Positions 8,715-17,559 of a stretch of 64,000 nucleotides of DNA are shown here, piece after piece. The stretch comes from an uncultured Candidatus Actinomarina sp. (GTDB lineage Bacteria > Actinomycetota > Acidimicrobiia > Actinomarinales > Actinomarinaceae), in assembly GCA_902596545.1 (NCBI GenBank), contig CACJUH010000003.1, forward strand, positions 45,790 through 109,789, written 5' to 3'. Numbering within the stretch: the stretch's first letter is position 1; each line of letters begins with the position of its first letter. A model generated the notes under the pieces. It saw only the letters and a program-made list of their open reading frames with translations. It had not been told where the DNA came from and made no database searches. A program made the position numbers and the translations under genes.

Positions 8715-11597
8715 ATGGCAGAAATACATAATCTTGAAAATAAGACTAGATTTGGCTCAAGGTATATAGCTGGATTTTTATTAATACTTAGTAGTTTTCT
8801 TTTTGCCGCCTGGGTTGGTTTTTTTGTCTTCCTCCCTGTAAAATCTGCAATGTCAGTTGTAACAGATTTAGAAGAAAAATTTCTCCCAAGAGCTGAGGGA
8901 ATGGTGTTAAATTTTGTTTCTCTATCTGAACCATCGGTCATTTACACTTCTGATAATCAAATTCTTGATGAATTGCATGATGGATTAAACAGGGATCCAA
9001 TTGCTTTGTCAGATGTTCCTCCTTTTGTGATAAATACACTACTAGCTGCTGAAGACAGTAATTATTACCAGCACGAAGGAGTAGATTTTATTGCAATTCT
9101 TAGTGCTGTTTTAGATAATCTAAGGGGCGTTACAAGAGGTGGTTCAACTATAACTTCTCAGGTTGCAAAACAATCTTTTGTTGGTGACGAAATTTCTATA
9201 AGAAGAAAAGTAGCTGAGGCTGTAGTAGCAGCAGAACTTGAACGAAGATACACTAAAGATCAAATTCTTGAATATTATATAAATTCAATTTATTGGGGCT
9301 CAGGTGCTTATGGTATTCAATCAGCAGCATATGAATACTTCGATAAAACTGTACAAGAGTTAACACTCGATGAAGCAGCTACTTTAGTAGTAATTATTAG
9401 AAGTCCAGCATATTACAATCCAAGAAAATATCCAGATAGAGTTCTTGAAAGAAGAAACGATGTGATAAACATAATGCTCAAAGAGAGATTTATTGTGGAT
9501 ATTCAAGCTCGATCGGCTAAATTGGCTCCTTTAAACATTGTCGAATCTAAAAATTTTGTTGCACAGGCAGAGCATGTTGTTGCAGAGGTTAAAAGACAGT
9601 TGTTAAATGACCCTCAATTTGCAGTATTAGGAAATACAAAAGAAGAACGAAAAAAAGCTGTTTTTGGTTGTCCATCTGATGACACATCATGTTTTGGCGG
9701 TGGAGGTTTAAAAGTATATGTAACCCTTAATTTGTCTTTACAACAACACGCAAACTCTGTTCTCAATACCTGGGTTCCGCCTGATCCTGATGAGGAAAAT
9801 CCTGATGAACCAAAGCCAACAGGTGTTATTACATTGATTAACAACTACACAGGTGCAATTGAAGTAATGGCTTCAGGATTACCTTTTGATGAAGAGCAGT
9901 ATAATTTAGCCACACAGGGTAAAAGAAATCCTGGTTCTGCTTTTAAACCAATAACACTATTGGCAGCACTTGAATCAGGGGCAAAATTATATAGCTACAG
10001 AGATTCTCGAAGCCCAGTTGAAATTAATTGTGGTTACCCTTGTGCTCCAGATGGTGTCGGAGAAAAGTGGGTAGTTAGAAATTATGGTACATCAATTACT
10101 GCAGATAGATACTTAAATAAAATCGATGCTCAAGATAGGGCAATTGAACTTCAATGTTTTGATTTTCATATTGAAGAAATAAAAAATAAAGATTTCATAA
10201 AGCAATTTCCACTCGGTTTAAATCTTGATGAGTTTGAAACTGAGGAAGAAAAAATAATAGAAATTGCAAAAGCATTAGGTCAGTATGATTCTGAAGGTAA
10301 CTTAATAATTTACAGAGAGCTAGAAGAAGGTGAAGAAATACCGGAAGATCAAACAATAATTTTTGACCCTGAACTAATTGAAAATCAACAAAATTTAACT
10401 CAAATAGGTATTGAGTCAGAATTTCAATATATTTTTAAACCTTGTCAGGATAAAGCTGAATACAACAGATCTATAAAACTATTAGATACATCTGGAATGG
10501 TTTCTTTAGAAGAAGCAACAAGAAGATCAATAAATACAGTATTTGCACAAGTTGCGTCTGAACTTGGAGGAGAAAAATTAGCTTCTACTGCTAAGAGAAT
10601 TGGTATTAATTCAGAACTAGACCCTGTTATATCTCTCACTTTAGGTGCTGGGGCTGCTACACCTATTGAAATGGCTTCTGCTTACTCTTCATTTGCCACA
10701 AATGGTGTATTGGCACCAACATACCTAATTGAAAAAATCGAGGATGATAAAGGTAATATTTTGTATCGACATATTGTGTCTCCAAGAACTAGCATACCTG
10801 ATCCGGGAGCTGCAGCCGCTGTAAGGAAAACGCTTGAAGTAGCAGCACAATATGGAACTGGCACTAGAGCAGTACTTGATGATAGAGAAATAGCTGGAAA
10901 AACTGGAACTCATCAAGGATTTAGAGAAGCATGGTTTATTGGATTTATACCACAATATACTTCATCAGTCTGGATTGGGTTTGCGGAAGAACAGTTGCCT
11001 CTTACAGATGTAGAGATAAAAGGAGAAATTATAAGAAATGTTTCAGGAGGTAGAGTACCTGCACCTATGTGGAAAGAATTTATGACTGAAGTAGTTAAAA
11101 ACCTACCAGTTGTTGATTGGCCATTAGATCCTAGTGATATAGATAAATATTATGAGATTCCAACAATAGAAATTCCACAATTAGTTGGTTTAAATATTCT
11201 AGATGCAGAAGAGATTGCGTTTTCGTCATATATACTTCCAACAATAAATTTAGTGGATTCTGAAGAAGCTCCTGGTCTTGTATTAACCCAAGATATTGAA
11301 AATGGTGAAGAATTGCCCGAAGGAACGGAAGTAATTCTTGAGGTTTCGGGAAATAAATTTTCAGCTCCTATTCCTAGCATTACACCGTGCACTTTGACTC
11401 CAGAAGAAGGTGAGAGCCTCATTAGAGACTTTATGAGAGATAATAATGTTATTTTGTTCCTTAAACAAGAATTTGAAGAAAATGAGTTAGATAATTGTAA
11501 TGGAAAAATTATTGGAACTAACGTTTCTCAAGGAGCAATTATGACTACTGGTGATACTTTAGTTTTTGTAATAAGTAAATTTACTGAGGATTCTTAG
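8715..11597 (+). CDS. ponA: Class A penicillin-binding protein (transglycosylase/transpeptidase) with a C-terminal PASTA domain
   Basis: GT51 motifs EDSNYYQHEGVD, GGSTITSQVAK and RKVAEAVVAAELERRYTKDQILEYYIN. Transpeptidase motifs SAFKP and GKTGT. PASTA-like IPQLVGLNILDAEEI...EVILEVSGN. N-terminal TM anchor. Confidence 0.85.
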   Translation: MAEIHNLENKTRFGSRYIAGFLLILSSFLFAAWVGFFVFLPVKSAMSVVTDLEEKFLPRAEGMVLNFVSLSEPSVIYTSDNQILDELHDGLNRDPIALSDVPPFVINTLLAAEDSNYYQHEGVDFIAILSAVLDNLRGVTRGGSTITSQVAKQSFVGDEISIRRKVAEAVVAAELERRYTKDQILEYYINSIYWGSGAYGIQSAAYEYFDKTVQELTLDEAATLVVIIRSPAYYNPRKYPDRVLERRNDVINIMLKERFIVDIQARSAKLAPLNIVESKNFVAQAEHVVAEVKRQLLNDPQFAVLGNTKEERKKAVFGCPSDDTSCFGGGGLKVYVTLNLSLQQHANSVLNTWVPPDPDEENPDEPKPTGVITLINNYTGAIEVMASGLPFDEEQYNLATQGKRNPGSAFKPITLLAALESGAKLYSYRDSRSPVEINCGYPCAPDGVGEKWVVRNYGTSITADRYLNKIDAQDRAIELQCFDFHIEEIKNKDFIKQFPLGLNLDEFETEEEKIIEIAKALGQYDSEGNLIIYRELEEGEEIPEDQTIIFDPELIENQQNLTQIGIESEFQYIFKPCQDKAEYNRSIKLLDTSGMVSLEEATRRSINTVFAQVASELGGEKLASTAKRIGINSELDPVISLTLGAGAATPIEMASAYSSFATNGVLAPTYLIEKIEDDKGNILYRHIVSPRTSIPDPGAAAAVRKTLEVAAQYGTGTRAVLDDREIAGKTGTHQGFREAWFIGFIPQYTSSVWIGFAEEQLPLTDVEIKGEIIRNVSGGRVPAPMWKEFMTEVVKNLPVVDWPLDPSDIDKYYEIPTIEIPQLVGLNILDAEEIAFSSYILPTINLVDSEEAPGLVLTQDIENGEELPEGTEVILEVSGNKFSAPIPSITPCTLTPEEGESLIRDFMRDNNVILFLKQEFEENELDNCNGKIIGTNVSQGAIMTTGDTLVFVISKFTEDS

Positions 11598-12963
11598 ACA
11601 GCGATTTAAAGAAATTCATCAAACCAATAACACCAAAGCCAGTACCACCCTCTGGGTTTAAAGCGGAACTACTTCTGGCTCTTGCTGGGCCTGCTATATC
11701 TAAGTGAACCCAAGGAATTTCATCAACAAACTCTTCTAGTATTAATGCAGCAGTAATTGCACCTCCAAATCTTCCACCGGTATTTTTCATATCTGCAATG
11801 CTTGATTTGATTAAAGATTTGTAACCTTGAAATAGTGGAAGTTCGTGATAAGACTCAACCTGATTTTTATTAGATTTTATGAATTCAGCACAATACTTTT
11901 CTGAATTTGAAATAACTGCACCTATGTCAACTCCCAAAGCAACGTAAGAAGCTCCTGTCAATGTTGCTACATCACAAATTAAATCTGGTTTTTTTTCAGC
12001 AGCAAAAGCTAGTGCGTCTGCCATTATTAATCTACCCTCTGCATCAGTGTTTAAAACTTCTACAGTTTTTCCATTTCTCATTTTAAGAACATCACCAGGT
12101 CTAATTGCAGTGCTGCTTGGCATATTTTCTACAAGAGGTGTATAAACTTTTACACCGACATTTAAACCTAATGAAGCAACAAGTTTTATTACAGCCCAAG
12201 CTGTTGCAGCGCCTGCCATATCTGTTTTCATAGTTTCCATACCAGACGGAGACTTTAACGAAAGACCGCCTGAATCAAAAAGTACACCCTTACCAATAAG
12301 TGCTACATGAAAATCTGCACCCGTGTTGTATTCACCTACAAGAAAATAGGGATCTTTTGAAGAACCTTGAGAGACACCAACAACACCACCAAAATTCTCT
12401 TTTAATAGCCATTTCTTATCGAATATAGTTAATTTGATTTTTTCATCACTAATAAGTTCTTTGACCTCATTAATAAAATAATCTGGAGTTTTATCAAGTG
12501 CTGGTAAATTAACTAGGTCTCTCACAAAATAGATTGAATCTTTTATAAATTTTTGCTCATCTATATTTATTGACTCATTAAATTGAATATTGATTTCTTT
12601 AGAGTCTGTTTCAATATATTTTTGAAATTTGTATCCTGATAGGATTAATCCAAGTGTAAATTCCTGGATATCAACTTGAGTTTCTAGATTAAAAAGATAA
12701 CTTACATGACAATCAAAAGGAATTATATTTCTTACTTTTGAACCTAGTTCACATAATTCATTCTTGTTTAGAGAATCATTAATCGAAACTAGAATTGTGT
12801 CTATTCCATTTTTTAAATAGAGTTTTGGTACAAGCAACATATCTTTTTTGCTTGCTTCAAATTTATTTAATTCAAAAAAATCTTTGATTTGATCTTGGTC
12901 TTTAAAGTTATTTATTAAACTCTCATTCACAGAGTCTACAAATAAAATAGATAATTCTTTCAT
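11581..12963 (-). CDS. pepA: Leucyl aminopeptidase (M17)
   Basis: NTDAEGRL signature, GKGVLFDSGG and DMAGAA motifs. Confidence 0.85.
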   Translation of the reverse strand: MKELSILFVDSVNESLINNFKDQDQIKDFFELNKFEASKKDMLLVPKLYLKNGIDTILVSINDSLNKNELCELGSKVRNIIPFDCHVSYLFNLETQVDIQEFTLGLILSGYKFQKYIETDSKEINIQFNESINIDEQKFIKDSIYFVRDLVNLPALDKTPDYFINEVKELISDEKIKLTIFDKKWLLKENFGGVVGVSQGSSKDPYFLVGEYNTGADFHVALIGKGVLFDSGGLSLKSPSGMETMKTDMAGAATAWAVIKLVASLGLNVGVKVYTPLVENMPSSTAIRPGDVLKMRNGKTVEVLNTDAEGRLIMADALAFAAEKKPDLICDVATLTGASYVALGVDIGAVISNSEKYCAEFIKSNKNQVESYHELPLFQGYKSLIKSSIADMKNTGGRFGGAITAALILEEFVDEIPWVHLDIAGPARARSSSALNPEGGTGFGVIGLMNFFKSLSKNPQ

Positions 12964-13505
12964 CAGCTACTTGGTGTCCAATCTTCTTCAAATTCTCGTG
13001 CCATCATCCAGAGAAAGTCTGACAACCTGTTTAAATAAGTTACAACTTTTGTATCATCAATTTGTAAAGTTTTGTACCATGTAACACATTTTCTTTCAGC
13101 TCTTCTAGAAACCACCCTTGCCCAATCAAATTTTGCAGATATTACATTTTCACCAGGAACAACGAAATATGTAGGTATACCATTTTTTTCAGTAAGGAAG
13201 TCAATATCTTTCTCAAGAGTTTTAATCATAGATTCGGTTACCTTTGTTTTGCCATCCTCTAATTTGTTTCTCTTATCTTTGTCAGTTGCTAATTCTGCAC
13301 CAACAATAAATAATTCTCTTTGAATTCTAAGAGTGGTATCTTTTACTTCAATTGGTAGTTTGTCTTCACATCTTATTAAGCCAAGCGCAGCAACAAGTTC
13401 GTCAACTGAGCCATATGCTTCTGGTGCTATATTGTCTTTTGATACCTGATCGCCGTATAAAAGACTAGTATCGCCTTTGTCGCCTTTCTTAGTGTAAATT
13501 TTCAT
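12963..13505 (-). CDS. PduO-type ATP:cob(I)alamin adenosyltransferase
   Basis: N-terminal MKIYTKKGDKGDTSL and the typical ~180 aa length. Confidence 0.7.
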   Translation of the reverse strand: MKIYTKKGDKGDTSLLYGDQVSKDNIAPEAYGSVDELVAALGLIRCEDKLPIEVKDTTLRIQRELFIVGAELATDKDKRNKLEDGKTKVTESMIKTLEKDIDFLTEKNGIPTYFVVPGENVISAKFDWARVVSRRAERKCVTWYKTLQIDDTKVVTYLNRLSDFLWMMAREFEEDWTPSS

Positions 13506-13520
13506 ACTCTTAGATTAGTG

Positions 13521-14183
13521 TCAAATAGAAAGTATTAATGTTCCAGATGCACCCATTGAAACAATTAGTGATAGATAGCTCAGTCCTGTACTTGCCATTA
13601 CTCCTGTATACGACTTTTCCTGTAATGATTTATATGAACCAAATGACAATAGAGCTGCAGAGAGGTACAAAAATATAATTATATTATTTAGCATATTTGT
13701 AGAAATTAAATTAAATAAGTTTGATGAACTCTCGTACAAACCGGAAAATACAAGTATTGAGATTCCAATTGATAAATAGGTTGAAAATAAAGCTATATTT
13801 TTCATACCTTCTCTACTTATTGTAGGATCTACCAAAAACCAATGTCCTATCATCATTAAAGAAAATACAGAAGATACCATCATTATTGGCAATGCAGATA
13901 TAAATAAGGACTGGCCAACCAAAGTGTATGCTCCAACTGCAAAACTAATAAAACTGAGTAATAAAACGTAAAGTTTTTCTGTTCTTTTAAATAAATTTAA
14001 ATACATAGCAAGAAAAAATGCTCCAATATATGAAAACTGATTCATAAATAGAAAAATATTCATTGCAATAACAGCAGAAAATAAAATACTAAAGCCTTTT
14101 TTCGGTTCAGTGCTTTTAATAATATAAGCAAAAAACGGCACACACAGTGCTAAAAAGACATAGGTAAACTCACTCAATTGCAT
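13521..14183 (-). CDS. Hypothetical polytopic membrane protein
   Basis: 220 aa with several hydrophobic helices. It lies 16 bp downstream of pduO on the same strand. AT-rich genomes produce spurious hydrophobic ORFs, so this is uncertain. Confidence 0.4.
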   Translation of the reverse strand: MQLSEFTYVFLALCVPFFAYIIKSTEPKKGFSILFSAVIAMNIFLFMNQFSYIGAFFLAMYLNLFKRTEKLYVLLLSFISFAVGAYTLVGQSLFISALPIMMVSSVFSLMMIGHWFLVDPTISREGMKNIALFSTYLSIGISILVFSGLYESSSNLFNLISTNMLNNIIIFLYLSAALLSFGSYKSLQEKSYTGVMASTGLSYLSLIVSMGASGTLILSI

Positions 14184-14558
14184 ATATTCTTTACAATAAT
14201 ATATATGTTTATATTGATATTGAAAAAAAATTTCAAAAAAGCAATCTTGTTAACCTTTGCTTTTATTGGATTAATTTATTTTCTTGAAGACAATAGTTCA
14301 ATTAACTTTTTTTCACCTGAATTTTTACTAACTTTTCTAATGTATTTGATATTATTTGCAATATCTCTTGATGCGCTTGATAAAAATAAACTCTTAGGAT
14401 TATTAATGTCTTTTTCTTTATTATTTTTACCACCAGCAATCTTTCCAGGATTTGCAGGAAAATTATTTCCGTTGACTTACGGAATTTTTATCATTTATCT
14501 TTTTTTTACTTATGGATTGAATATGTTTAGAAATTGGAAAAATAATGCTGGATTATGA
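14178..14558 (+). CDS. Hypothetical small membrane protein, possibly spurious
   Basis: 126 aa hydrophobic ORF in an AT-rich stretch upstream of the PGBD protein gene. It overlaps the start of the divergent membrane ORF. Confidence 0.25.
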   Translation: MHIFFTIIYMFILILKKNFKKAILLTFAFIGLIYFLEDNSSINFFSPEFLLTFLMYLILFAISLDALDKNKLLGLLMSFSLLFLPPAIFPGFAGKLFPLTYGIFIIYLFFTYGLNMFRNWKNNAGL

Positions 14559-14588
14559 AATATACATCAATTTATCTAAAATGATTAC

Positions 14589-17558
14589 ATGAAACAGGGG
14601 TTATTAAAAAATTCTGCTTATATTTTTACTTTTTTAATAGCTTTCGCATTGGTGCTATCACCAGAAGAAGAAGCAAAAGCACTAGAGATTAAATATGACT
14701 CAAATATGTTCTGCGTGGATAATGCAGTGGCTCCGCTTAATAATCTCTTAGATATTCAAACATTTCTCAGTTGTAATGGGTTTAATCCAGGACCAATTGA
14801 TGGCTTGAGTGGCTCAAGAACTAATAACGCAATTATAACTTTTCAGAAATCAGTTGGTTTGACTCCTGATGGCGTTGTTGGTCCAGCGACAAAACAAGCA
14901 ATGAGAGGATACAGTACAGTGTCTTTTACTTTCACTGGTAGTGGTTGGGGTCATGGTGTTGGACTTAGCCAATATGGTGCCAAAGGTTTAACAGAACTTG
15001 GTGCAAGTTTTTGCAATGATACTAGCTCATGTACATCTACTGAGGTAGTTGATTATTACTTCAAAGACACTGCCGTAAAAAATCTGTCTGAAATTAGCTT
15101 ATCATCTCCAGATATTGCCACTGATAACAATGCTTTGTGGGTTGGTCTAGCAAGAAACGCCAGGAGTATAAATCTCACTACACTTCCTTCATCTAGTCCA
15201 CCTATGCTCTCTATTTGCCAAGATGGTCTTTCTGATGTGGCAGGAGTTCAAGTATTCTTAACTTCTAGAGGCTTCGAACCCGGTCCTGTTGACGGTGCTT
15301 TTGGTAATAAAACATCAAATGCTTTAAAAAATTACCAAGCATCTGTTGGCCTGAGTCAGTCAGGGAGTATTGATACTGAAACATTAAATAAAATCAAGTC
15401 CGAGGCAAGTTCTGATGGCTCATGTGAATCTATATTTGGACCGCTAAAAATAAGTGGTGGGGCAACAATTAATGTAATTTCAAATGGAAATGGATGCTAC
15501 TTTAATGGTCATCCTCTTGTTAATAGAACAACAGCTAGTTGTAATATTGGTATCAGTTGGTCTGACGGTGGAAGAATTAGAGTTGGACCTCGTGAACACA
15601 AACATGGTGTACTTAAATTACGTTCCCAAAATGTCTCTTCAGGATTTCATGTTGTTTTATCTGTAAATATAGAAAAGTATTTATATGGACTAGCAGAAAT
15701 GCCATCTCACTGGAATGTGAAAGCATTAGAAGCTCAGGCACTTGTTGGTAGGAGTTATGCTGTCTATCAATATTTAAAACAAAATATACCAGCTCAATCT
15801 ACAGATCTGAACGCGGGCTTATCTACATCTAGGCAAGCATATTGTTGGTGTCATATTGGTTCAACCGCATCAAGTCAATATTATTATGGATATTTAAAGG
15901 AAATAGCTGGTCCTAATTGGGTTCAAGCTGTAAATAACACATCAGGAAAAGTCATAACATACTCTGGTGGTTACACTCAAAGCTCTGTAATTCAAGCTTT
16001 CTACTCTTCATCTACTGGTGGAAAAACTAATAATAATGCAGTTGGATTTGGTTCTGCTACGGCATGGCCATACCTGCAAACAGTTGATGATCCTTGGTCA
16101 GTTGACAACAGAGTAGGTAATCCAAAAGCTGCATGGTCTTATGACTTCTCAACTTATCAATTATCCAAAAACATACTGTGTGGAGACATTCCTTGTTTTG
16201 ATTCAATCACAGATATATATATTTCATCTGTAGCGGAATCTGGTGCGGCTATTGAAGTAACAATGAAAGGTTTTAGAAATGGTTCTTCAAAAACTGTTAC
16301 AAAATCAGGAAGAAATATTAAATCTCAATTAGGATTTACTTCTCATTATTTTAAAACATCTAGTCAATCAGATGTGTCTAACCTTTCAATTGGACCAGTA
16401 ACAGTTAACACTTCACCCACTGCTTCTACTAATGGTACAAGTGTTACAAGTACTACTGGTGATGTTGCTCAGTATGCAACTTCTACAGCAGGGTTAAATT
16501 ATTTATCTGGAGCTGGATTGTTAAATAACTGCACTGAAACTTCATCAGCTTGTCAGGCTAAAACTATGACAAGAGAAGAAGCAGCTGCTGTGGTCACAGT
16601 TATCGGAGGAATTTCATTAGATGCACCGAATGCATACAGTGATGATGATGAAAGCATTTTTCAAAAAGCAATTAATGGTATACCTTATTATGGAATACAA
16701 CTGTGTATAGGCAGTCCATTCCAGTTTCAACCAACAGAGGCCATATCTAGAGACCAGTTTGCATGTATGCTTGTCAAAGCCATTACAGCAGGATCTACAA
16801 CAAATTTATCAGGAGCAATAGATAAATACTCTGATGAGGGTGCAAGTAAATGGACAAATGAAATTAATGTTTTGGCTGCAAATGATGTTATTCCAGCTTG
16901 TAGTTCCCTTCAAGATAAATTTTGTCCAAGTAGAAAAATCTCTATTGGTGAAGTTGCATACATAGTGAACCAAATGGTGAATAAATCTTTAATATCAAGC
17001 GATACATTTAATTCAAATCCTTTTCAAGAAGGGTGGTCTGCAAATGGTTCAGAAGTTGAAGATGCTAGTGCAACTGCAGTTTCCAATCCGAATGCAGGTA
17101 ACGATGCATGCGTTCCTAAAGACAATTCAGGTTTGGTTATAAATTCAATATTAGATGTACAACAGTTCTTATCGAATAATGGTTTCAATCCTGGTCCAAT
17201 TGATGGACAAAGTGGGCCAAAAACTGAAAATGCTGTTACCGCATTCCAAAAAGAGAGTGGCCTTCTAGCAGATGGTATTGTTGGTAACAAAACTAAAGAA
17301 GCTATGCGTGCTTATACAGGTTGTAGAAGTACTAATGTTTGTAATGCGAGAGATAATACCGGAGCCAAATTGGATTCAGTCGCAGATATCCAAACATATC
17401 TCTCAAACAATGGATTTAATCCTGGAATAATTGACGGAGAAATGGGTTCTTATACAAAAGAAGCCATAAAAGCATTTCAAAGAAAAGTTGGTTTAATACC
17501 TGATGGTGTGGCTGGAAATAGAACGAAATCCGCTATGCGCGCTTATACAGGCTGTTAA
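14589..17558 (+). CDS. Large secreted cell-wall protein with four peptidoglycan-binding (PGBD1) repeats and a SpoIID/LytB-like domain
   Basis: Signal peptide. PGBD1 repeats occur twice at the N-terminus and twice at the C-terminus (FLSxNGFNPGPIDGxxG...GLxxDGxVGxxT). SpoIID-like motifs EKYLYGLAEMPSHWNVKALEAQALVGRSYA and GSGWGHGVGLSQYGAKG. Confidence 0.7.
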   Translation: MKQGLLKNSAYIFTFLIAFALVLSPEEEAKALEIKYDSNMFCVDNAVAPLNNLLDIQTFLSCNGFNPGPIDGLSGSRTNNAIITFQKSVGLTPDGVVGPATKQAMRGYSTVSFTFTGSGWGHGVGLSQYGAKGLTELGASFCNDTSSCTSTEVVDYYFKDTAVKNLSEISLSSPDIATDNNALWVGLARNARSINLTTLPSSSPPMLSICQDGLSDVAGVQVFLTSRGFEPGPVDGAFGNKTSNALKNYQASVGLSQSGSIDTETLNKIKSEASSDGSCESIFGPLKISGGATINVISNGNGCYFNGHPLVNRTTASCNIGISWSDGGRIRVGPREHKHGVLKLRSQNVSSGFHVVLSVNIEKYLYGLAEMPSHWNVKALEAQALVGRSYAVYQYLKQNIPAQSTDLNAGLSTSRQAYCWCHIGSTASSQYYYGYLKEIAGPNWVQAVNNTSGKVITYSGGYTQSSVIQAFYSSSTGGKTNNNAVGFGSATAWPYLQTVDDPWSVDNRVGNPKAAWSYDFSTYQLSKNILCGDIPCFDSITDIYISSVAESGAAIEVTMKGFRNGSSKTVTKSGRNIKSQLGFTSHYFKTSSQSDVSNLSIGPVTVNTSPTASTNGTSVTSTTGDVAQYATSTAGLNYLSGAGLLNNCTETSSACQAKTMTREEAAAVVTVIGGISLDAPNAYSDDDESIFQKAINGIPYYGIQLCIGSPFQFQPTEAISRDQFACMLVKAITAGSTTNLSGAIDKYSDEGASKWTNEINVLAANDVIPACSSLQDKFCPSRKISIGEVAYIVNQMVNKSLISSDTFNSNPFQEGWSANGSEVEDASATAVSNPNAGNDACVPKDNSGLVINSILDVQQFLSNNGFNPGPIDGQSGPKTENAVTAFQKESGLLADGIVGNKTKEAMRAYTGCRSTNVCNARDNTGAKLDSVADIQTYLSNNGFNPGIIDGEMGSYTKEAIKAFQRKVGLIPDGVAGNRTKSAMRAYTGC
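17150..17555 (+). repeat. Two tandem, diverged copies of a peptidoglycan-binding-domain coding repeat, each ending in ...AMRAYTGC
   Basis: DNA and protein self-similarity: ttatcgaataatggtttcaatcctggtccaattgatgga vs ctctcaaacaatggatttaatcctggaataattgacgga, and gctatgcgtgcttatacaggttgt vs gctatgcgcgcttatacaggctgt. Confidence 0.55.
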
Positions 17559-17559
17559 T

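Noticed and set aside
14178-14183. Overlapping divergent starts of the two hydrophobic ORFs 13521..14183 (-) and 14178..14558 (+).
   Set aside because: Two real genes cannot both start inside each other's first codons with a shared promoter. At least one, probably the plus-strand 126-aa ORF, is likely spurious or starts later. Both are kept only at low confidence.
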